This document shows positions 50,518 to 56,391 of a stretch of 56,391 nucleotides of DNA, in pieces (position 1 is the stretch's first letter; the number at the start of each line of letters is the position of its first letter). This stretch comes from an uncultured Gammaproteobacteria bacterium. GTDB taxonomy: Bacteria > Patescibacteriota > Patescibacteriia > Patescibacteriales > JAKAJF01. Where the stretch lies: the NCBI GenBank assembly GCA_964360445.1, contig CAYHWE010000002.1:1-56391 (forward strand), read 5' to 3'. The position numbers and the translations under genes are program-made. The notes under the pieces were generated by a model. That model was not told the origin of the DNA. It saw only the letters and a list, made by a program, of their open reading frames with translations, and did no database searches.

Positions 50518-52494
50518 ATGCGCTTCGGATTCAGGAAAAAAGAAAAAAGCTCTGTTGAAAATGATCCTTTTTCCATAAGAGAAGGCAGATTCGGGATGTT
50601 GGACAATTTTTCTTACCGCCTGAATTGGACTGAAGATACTTTCATTTCGGACAGCAGGGGCAGGGAGACGTTGGGCAGAACTTTTGATCTCAAGAGGCTT
50701 TACCCGATAGGCGCGTTTCTGGTCATTTTTATCTTGATTTTATTGAGCAGGGCGGCATGGCTCCAGATTTACAAGGGCGATTATTATTACTCCATGGCGG
50801 AGGGAAACCGTATCCGGTTTGAGCGCCTGGAAGCGAAAAGAGGGATTATTTATGATAGGACCGGAAAACCGATTGTCCGCAATGTCGCTAATTTTTTATT
50901 GTATTTTACGCCCTCCGACCTTCCGGTTGACAAAGATGAATTGGATAAGATCCTAAGCCGCATCGCGGAAATCCTTGGAAATGATCCGGATGAAATGAAG
51001 GACAAGATCGCAAGGATAGGCAGGAAATCCCTGGAGGCGTATAGGCCGCTGTTCATCGCTGATAACATAGAGTATGAAAAAGCGATGCAGCTTTATCTGG
51101 AATCTTCCGGCTGGAGCGGAGTCGTGCTGTCAAGCAAGACAAGGAGAGAATATGATCCGTTCGGCAGCCTGTCTCTGTCGCATATTTTAGGGTATACGGG
51201 AAAAATCAATGAAAAAGAGCTTGATAAATTCGGCAGCGAATATCTGCCGATCGATTATCTAGGGAAAATAGGCGTAGAAAGTTTTTGGGAATCGGAATTG
51301 AAAGGCGTGCACGGTAAAAAACAGATTGAAGTCGACGCGTTAGGCAAAGAGAAAAAAATAATCAGCCAGACGAAAGAAGAAGACGGGCATAACCTGGTCC
51401 TGACTGTAGATGTTTTGGCGCAGAAAAAATTAGAGGAAATAATGATCAGGACATTGGAAAGGATGAAGCTGTCCAGGGGCGTTGCCATAGTCATGGATCC
51501 GAACAACGGTGAAGTCATCGCTTCCGTCAGTTTGCCCGCTTATGATAATAATGTTTTTGCCAAGGGGATCAGCGCGAAAGATTATGGCGATCTGATCAAC
51601 AACCCTGATAATCCTCTGTTCAATCGGGCTGTGAGCGGCGAGTATCCTTCCGGATCAACGATAAAACCGGTTATGGCGGCGGCGGCCTTGGAGGAAGGAG
51701 TGATAACGGAAAAAACCAGTTTTTTAAGTTCGGGCGGGCTTAGGATCGGCGAGTGGTTTTTCCCGGACTGGAAAGCGGGCGGGCATGGCGTGACAAACGT
51801 AAGAAAGGCTATCGCCGAATCGGTAAATACTTTTTTCTATTATATCGGAGGAGGTTTCCAGGATTTCATAGGTTTAGGAATAGAACGTATCGTGAAATAT
51901 GAAAAGATGTTCGGTTTGGGATCGCAGACCGGAGTCGATCTGCCGGGCGAGGCGAGCGGTTTCTTGCCGAGCAAGGAATGGAAGGAAAAGACTAAGAATG
52001 AAAAATGGTATATTGGCGATACTTATCATGTAGCGATCGGCCAGGGAGATCTTACCGCGACCCCATTGCAGATAGCTATGTTCACCGGCTTTTTTGCCAA
52101 TAACGGAAAAATTTACCGGCCGCATTTTGTCAGGGAAATTTTAGACAGCAAGGATAATCCGGCAAAAGAGATCAAAGAAGATCCGATCAGGGAGAATTTT
52201 ATCAGCGATTATAATATAAAAGTCGTAAGAGAGGGGATGCGCCAGACAGTTACGGCCGGAAGCGCGAGAAGCCTGAGCCTTTTGCCTGTAGAAGCCGCCG
52301 GAAAGACAGGAACGGCTCAGTGGTCCTCGAAGAAAGACCCTCATGCCTGGTTCACGGGTTTCGCGCCATATGATTATCCGCAGATCGTTTTTACCATCCT
52401 GATCGAAGAGGGCAGGGAAGGCAGTACTGTTGCCGTGCCTATTGCCAAGGAATTCCTGGAGTGGTATTTTGGAGAAAGGCAAAAATGGCAATAA
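50518..52494 (+). CDS. mrdA: Penicillin-binding protein 2 (elongasome transpeptidase)
   Basis: RG.IYDR.G..I, active site SGSTIKP, ESVN (SxN) and KTGTA. Its position is after mreBCD. Confidence 0.9.
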   Translation: MRFGFRKKEKSSVENDPFSIREGRFGMLDNFSYRLNWTEDTFISDSRGRETLGRTFDLKRLYPIGAFLVIFILILLSRAAWLQIYKGDYYYSMAEGNRIRFERLEAKRGIIYDRTGKPIVRNVANFLLYFTPSDLPVDKDELDKILSRIAEILGNDPDEMKDKIARIGRKSLEAYRPLFIADNIEYEKAMQLYLESSGWSGVVLSSKTRREYDPFGSLSLSHILGYTGKINEKELDKFGSEYLPIDYLGKIGVESFWESELKGVHGKKQIEVDALGKEKKIISQTKEEDGHNLVLTVDVLAQKKLEEIMIRTLERMKLSRGVAIVMDPNNGEVIASVSLPAYDNNVFAKGISAKDYGDLINNPDNPLFNRAVSGEYPSGSTIKPVMAAAALEEGVITEKTSFLSSGGLRIGEWFFPDWKAGGHGVTNVRKAIAESVNTFFYYIGGGFQDFIGLGIERIVKYEKMFGLGSQTGVDLPGEASGFLPSKEWKEKTKNEKWYIGDTYHVAIGQGDLTATPLQIAMFTGFFANNGKIYRPHFVREILDSKDNPAKEIKEDPIRENFISDYNIKVVREGMRQTVTAGSARSLSLLPVEAAGKTGTAQWSSKKDPHAWFTGFAPYDYPQIVFTILIEEGREGSTVAVPIAKEFLEWYFGERQKWQ

Positions 52495-52509
52495 CGCACT
52501 TTTATAACA

Positions 52510-53163
52510 ATGGAGGCATATATGGATTGGCATCTGTCGTACGTGATGTATGTAAAGAATTTCATTTCCAGTCCGGAATTCCAGGAACGGCAGCCGTGGG
52601 TCAGATGGCTTATGCAAAAGCTTTCTATAATCCATCCGCATATCTGGACAGGGAGTAGATTTTTCGGCAGCGTGGCTGTGATTGCGCTGGCAAGCAGGCC
52701 GGCCTTGAGCTTGATCGTCTTTCTTTTTTTTGCCCTTACCGATTGGGTGGATGGCAAGGTGGCGAGGATCAGGAATGAGCAGGGAGGAACAGGAGCCTTG
52801 CTTGACGGGATCGCTGATAAAGTTTTCATAATCCCGATAATCGCTTTTTGGGGGATCCGGTTTTCCCATATCGCGCCGATAGCTATTCTCGCCGCGATAG
52901 AATTCGGAGGGTATCCTCTGATCTGGAGCCTATATAAGAAGGGTTATATAAAAAAAGAAAGAAGAGGAGTGTATGAACACATAATGGCGGGAAAGTATAA
53001 ATTTTCTCTCCAGGTCGCGCTTGTATCAGCCTTGTGGCTTGCTCAGAATCTGGGGGATGGGGGATTGCCATGGATAATAAGCATCAATATTATCCTTGGG
53101 GTTGTAATCTCCCTGGCAGCTCTTTCGGTAGCCGGGAAAATCAACCCGAAATGGGCGATATGA
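52510..53163 (+). CDS. CDP-alcohol phosphatidyltransferase family protein
   Basis: DWVDGKVARIRNEQGGTGALLDGIADK matches D(x)2DG(x)2AR(x)n G(x)3D(x)3D. The start codon is uncertain. Confidence 0.7.
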   Translation: MEAYMDWHLSYVMYVKNFISSPEFQERQPWVRWLMQKLSIIHPHIWTGSRFFGSVAVIALASRPALSLIVFLFFALTDWVDGKVARIRNEQGGTGALLDGIADKVFIIPIIAFWGIRFSHIAPIAILAAIEFGGYPLIWSLYKKGYIKKERRGVYEHIMAGKYKFSLQVALVSALWLAQNLGDGGLPWIISINIILGVVISLAALSVAGKINPKWAI

Positions 53164-53181
53164 TAAAAACAATATAGAAAC

Positions 53182-53215
53182 AGGGCGGACTCTTGCGGTT
53201 CGCCCTTTCATTTTT
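53182..53215 (+). terminator. Hairpin plus T-run terminator
   Basis: AGGGCGgactcttgcggtTCGCCCT followed by ttcattttt. Confidence 0.45.
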
Positions 53216-53240
53216 AGCACTCTTGACACTAGAGTGCTAA
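53214..53240. promoter_or_regulatory. CIRCE operator (HrcA binding site)
   Basis: TTAGCACTC-ttgacacta-GAGTGCTAA is a perfect match to the CIRCE consensus TTAGCACTC-N9-GAGTGCTAA. Confidence 0.9.
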
Positions 53241-53252
53241 TTGAGATACAAT
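53223..53252 (+). promoter_or_regulatory. Heat-shock operon promoter overlapping CIRCE
   Basis: TTGACA lies in the CIRCE spacer (53223-53228), followed by an 18-nt spacer and TACAAT (53247-53252). ATG 53264 is 11 nt downstream. Confidence 0.55.
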
Positions 53253-53263
53253 GAGGCTATATT

Positions 53264-53950
53264 ATGGAAAAAAGAAAAGAGTTGATACTTAAGACAATCA
53301 TCAAAGAGCATATAAAAACAGGGGCGCCGGTAGGGTCCGGAATTTTGGTTGATAAATATAAGCTGGACATCTCGCCAGCCACGGTCCGCAATGAAATGGC
53401 CGACCTGGAAGAAGGGGGTTATATAAAACAGCCGTATACTTCCGCTGGCAGGATTCCGACTGAAAAGGCTTATAGATTATATATCGGGGACCTGAAAGAA
53501 AAGAAATTGAATCGGGAAGAGGAAGAACTTTTGACGGCGATACTCATAGAAAAAAATGAATATAATTTCAAGCAGATTGCGAAATTGATTTCTAAGATTT
53601 CTGATAACGCGGTTTTCTGGGCTTTTGACAGAAGCAGCCTATACTACACCGGAATTTCCAGCCTGCTTTCCCAGCCGGAATTCGTCCAGAATGACCTGAT
53701 TTACGATATTTCCGCGATCATAGACAAGATGGATGAGATCATAGATAAGAGTTTCAACGGATTCGAATTCGGGACGCAGATCCTTTTGGGATCGAATAAT
53801 CCGTTTTCAAAACATTGCAGCGCTATCCTGACTAAATACAAATTGGGAGACAAGATCGGCCTGTTCGGCATTTTAGGGCCGATCAGGATGAATTATGAAA
53901 AAAATCTGACGCTAATAAAATTTATAAGCGATAAGCTAACAGAGAAATAA
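53264..53950 (+). CDS. hrcA: Heat-inducible transcription repressor HrcA (short form, 228 aa)
   Basis: N-terminal wHTH PVGSGILVDKY.LDISPATVRNEMADLEEGGYI.QPYTSAGRIPT.KAYRLY, and a C-terminal GILGPIRMNYEKN. It is about 100 aa shorter than typical HrcA. Confidence 0.8.
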   Translation: MEKRKELILKTIIKEHIKTGAPVGSGILVDKYKLDISPATVRNEMADLEEGGYIKQPYTSAGRIPTEKAYRLYIGDLKEKKLNREEEELLTAILIEKNEYNFKQIAKLISKISDNAVFWAFDRSSLYYTGISSLLSQPEFVQNDLIYDISAIIDKMDEIIDKSFNGFEFGTQILLGSNNPFSKHCSAILTKYKLGDKIGLFGILGPIRMNYEKNLTLIKFISDKLTEK

Positions 53951-53952
53951 AT

Positions 53953-54813
53953 ATGACTTTAGAAAAACAGGAACAAAAAAAAGAAACATATCCAAGAGCG
54001 ATCGTCGGCGCGTTCATTTTTAATGACAAAAATGAATTATTCCTCATGTCCAGCTCTAAGTGGAGCAATAAATTCGTCTGTCCGGGCGGAGGGGTGGAGT
54101 TCGGCGAGAAATTGGAAATCGCCCTGGAGAGGGAAGTGAAAGAAGAGACGAATATGGACATAGAGAATGTCGAATTTTTGGGTTTTATCGATGCTTATGA
54201 TACGGGGAAATCCTATATCAAAGAAGGAAGCCATCTTTTATTTTTCAATTTTAAGGCGCGCGTCAAGGGCGAGCCGGAAATAATCCTGGACGAAGAAGCC
54301 GTCGGCCATAAATGGCTGAAAGCTGAAGACTGGCTGAAAGAAGATTTGGGAGAGTATGTGAAAAATGCGATCGAGAAATATCTGTTGGGAGAAAAAGAAG
54401 ATTTTGAATATTTATACAAGCGCGCTTTGGCGGATTATCAGAATTTATCGAAACAGACCGCGCGCGAAAAGCAGGAATTCGCGAAATATGCGAACGAACA
54501 ATTAATTTTGGAATTTATTCCGGTTTACGACAATTTAAAAACATCGTTGAAGCACGCGGATGAGAAGGCGAACGGATGGCTGGAGGGAGTGAAATATGTG
54601 ACCAAACAATTCGGCGATGTCTTTAAGAATTTTGGAGTAGAAGAGATAAAAACAGAAGGCGAAAAGTTCGATCATAATACGATGGAATCGGTCGACACGG
54701 AAAAGACGGATGACAATGATAAGGACGGGATGGTGGCGAAGGAAGTATCGGCCGGGTATAGGATGGGAGAGAAGGTGATCAAGGCGGCTAGGGTGATAGT
54801 ATATGAAGTATAA
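53953..54813 (+). CDS. grpE: Nudix hydrolase domain fused in frame to the nucleotide exchange factor GrpE
   Basis: Residues ~13-140 carry the Nudix box GGGVEFGEKLEIALEREVKEETNM. Residues ~150-286 are GrpE: YKRALADYQNLSKQTAREKQEFAKYANEQLILEFIPVYDNL, FDHNTMESV, GYRMGEKVIKAARVIVYE. No stop codon or ATG lies between the two domains. Confidence 0.8.
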   Translation: MTLEKQEQKKETYPRAIVGAFIFNDKNELFLMSSSKWSNKFVCPGGGVEFGEKLEIALEREVKEETNMDIENVEFLGFIDAYDTGKSYIKEGSHLLFFNFKARVKGEPEIILDEEAVGHKWLKAEDWLKEDLGEYVKNAIEKYLLGEKEDFEYLYKRALADYQNLSKQTAREKQEFAKYANEQLILEFIPVYDNLKTSLKHADEKANGWLEGVKYVTKQFGDVFKNFGVEEIKTEGEKFDHNTMESVDTEKTDDNDKDGMVAKEVSAGYRMGEKVIKAARVIVYEV

Positions 54814-54903
54814 ATTTTCAATTTTCAAACAATTTCCAATGCTTCAATTTTAAATTTAGTCATTGAAAATTGTTTAGAAATTATAAATTGGAAATTAGAA
54901 ATT
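54813..54903. repeat. AT-rich structured intergenic repeat, copy 2, with an internal 21-bp imperfect inverted repeat
   Basis: 54821-54841 (attttcaaacaatttccaatg) matches the reverse complement of 54861-54881 (cattgaaaattgtttagaaat) at 18/21 positions. 54855-54903 aligns with 35765-35813. Confidence 0.7.
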
Positions 54904-54984
54904 AATAATAGTTGTTTATAAATTATAATTTAATAACTCTTCCCAGCTTTTTCACAAAGAAAAAGTAGGAAGAATATAAATTGT

Positions 54985-55404
54985 ATGTCACCACTGATAA
55001 AATGGACCCCATTTTTAGAGCCTTTTGAGGATATGGAAAAAATGTTTGGCGAAATGATGCCAAGCACGCGCCATGGATTTATGCCGGCGATTGATATGTA
55101 TGAGGATGAAAATAATGTGATCGTTGAGACCGAACTGGCCGGTATCGATCCGGAGAAAGTGGATATTTCGATTGAGAATGATGTTTTGACGATCAAGGGT
55201 GAGAGCGAGAAGAAAAGCGAGGTGGAGGATAAGAATTATTACAGGAAAGAAATCAGGCGCGGCAGTTTTTACAGAAATATCCCTTTACCGATCCATGTTT
55301 TAGGAGACAAGGCAAGCGCTGTCGCGGAAGGCGGAGTATTGAAAATTTCTGTCCCGAAAGCGCAGAAAGCGAAACCGAATAAAATTAAAATCCAGACTAA
55401 ATAA
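54985..55404 (+). CDS. Small heat-shock protein (Hsp20/alpha-crystallin family)
   Basis: PAIDMYEDENNVIVETELAGIDPEKVDISIENDVLTIKGE...RGSFYRNIPLP......A.AEGGVLKISVPK. Confidence 0.9.
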   Translation: MSPLIKWTPFLEPFEDMEKMFGEMMPSTRHGFMPAIDMYEDENNVIVETELAGIDPEKVDISIENDVLTIKGESEKKSEVEDKNYYRKEIRRGSFYRNIPLPIHVLGDKASAVAEGGVLKISVPKAQKAKPNKIKIQTK

Positions 55405-55438
55405 AAGTTAAATTAAAATTTAAAATTAATTAAAAAAT

Positions 55439-56391
55439 ATGGGTAAAATATTGGGTATAGATTTGGGAACAACAAATTCGGCAATGGCGCTCATCGAAGG
55501 TGGCCAACCGAAAATTTTAGAAAATGCGGAAGGCGTCAGGACGACTCCTTCTATGGTTGCGATTTCAAAAAGCGGTGAAAGGTTGGGCGGTTTGCCGGCT
55601 AAACGCCAGGCGGTCACAAATCCGGAAAATACGGTTTTTGAAGTCAAGCGTTTGATCGGCCGCCGTTTTTCTGATCCGGAAGTCGCAAGAGACCAGAAAA
55701 TAATGCCTTACAAGATCGTGCAGGCCGGGGAAGCGGTCAAGATCAAGATGGGGGATAAGGAATATACCCCTCAGGAAGTTTCAGCTATGATCTTATCTAA
55801 ATTGAAAGCTGATGCGGAAGCAAAATTGGGCGAAACGATCACAGAAGCGATCATCACAGTCCCTGCTTATTTCGACGATTCGCAAAGGCAGGCGACAAAA
55901 GACGCGGGCCAGATTGCGGGTTTGAATGTCAAGCGCATCATCAACGAACCGACAGCGGCAGCGCTCGCTTATGGATTCGATAAAAAGAAAGGTGAAAAGA
56001 TTGCGGTTTATGATTTAGGAGGTGGAACATTCGATGTTTCTATTCTGGATATCACTGAAGATACTGTTGAAGTGAAATCAACAAACGGCGACACCCATTT
56101 GGGCGGAGCTGATTTTGACCAGCGCGTTATCAATTGGATCATCGATGAATTCAAGAAAGATCAGGGCATTGATTTAAGCAAAGACACCTTAGCTTTGCAA
56201 AGAATCAAAGAGGCTGCGGAAAAAGCAAAGATCGAATTATCAAGCGCGATTGATACGGAAATCAATCAGCCGTTCATCACGGTCGGAGCAGACGGTCCGA
56301 AGCATCTGGTGATGAAGATGTCTCGCGCTAATTTGGAAGAATTTGTCGGTGATGTGGTTGAAAAAACAATCGAGCCATGCAAACGCGCTTT
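55439..56391 (+). CDS. dnaK: Molecular chaperone DnaK (Hsp70), 3'-truncated by the window edge
   Basis: This ORF is not in the ORF track because it has no stop within the window. Hand translation gives [41 protein letters not shown]...[40 protein letters not shown]...[12 protein letters not shown]. Confidence 0.95.
   Translation, partial: MGKILGIDLGTTNSAMALIEGGQPKILENAEGVRTTPSMVAISKSGERLGGLPAKRQAVTNPENTVFEVKRLIGRRFSDPEVARDQKIMPYKIVQAGEAVKIKMGDKEYTPQEVSAMILSKLKADAEAKLGETITEAIITVPAYFDDSQRQATKDAGQIAGLNVKRIINEPTAAALAYGFDKKKGEKIAVYDLGGGTFDVSILDITEDTVEVKSTNGDTHLGGADFDQRVINWIIDEFKKDQGIDLSKDTLALQRIKEAAEKAKIELSSAIDTEINQPFITVGADGPKHLVMKMSRANLEEFVGDVVEKTIEPCKRA

Overview
This looks like a low-GC, gene-dense bacterial contig. 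It reads cleanly in the standard code, with TGA used as a stop. The gene content suggests Patescibacteria/CPR: a small type IV pilin, a lamin-tail-domain surface protein, a reduced ProRS and HrcA, and AT-rich 'WKLEI'-type and 'WIPAFA(R/G)MT'-type intergenic repeats. That taxonomic call is inference only.

Layout:
- 1-2036: a 5'-truncated surface protein with a lamin-tail domain.
- About 2.15-29.9 kb: a very large surface-glycan island.
  - A + strand operon block (2221-24529) and a convergent - strand block (24543-29891).
  - At least 8 GT2 enzymes, 2 GT4 enzymes and 2-3 GT-C-like polytopic transferases.
  - Also a priming phosphosugar transferase, a Wzx-like flippase, GtrA, 5 SAM methyltransferases, an acetyltransferase and GalE.
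  - A radical SAM/SPASM-like enzyme, a double-Rossmann fusion, and a complete GDP-D-glycero-alpha-D-manno-heptose pathway that includes a GmhA-GmhB fusion.
- 30-56 kb: core housekeeping genes.
  - holB, a BNR propeller lipoprotein plus pilin, frr, rseP, hpf and secA.
  - A run of nucleotide hydrolases: a eukaryote-type 5'-nucleotidase, Nudix, a pgeF remnant, maf and an HD (p)ppGpp hydrolase.
  - secD-secF, proS, a csaA-like gene, mreBCD-mrdA and a CDP-alcohol phosphatidyltransferase.
  - A CIRCE-controlled hrcA-grpE-hsp20-dnaK heat-shock locus.

No rRNA, tRNA, CRISPR array, transposase, integrase or recognisable defence system was found.

Most unusual observations:
- A Nudix hydrolase domain fused in frame to GrpE.
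- SecD carrying two parvulin PPIase domains inside its periplasmic head.
- A G9 tract and several G7-G8 tracts in the glycan locus, which could cause phase variation.
- A radical SAM enzyme and fused enzymes in the sugar pathway.
- Two families of structured intergenic repeats.
- A truncated pgeF next to a small antisense-oriented zinc-ribbon/Myb-like cassette.
- Consensus promoters placed so that several mRNAs would be leaderless.

All homology calls come from motif recognition by eye. No searches were run.
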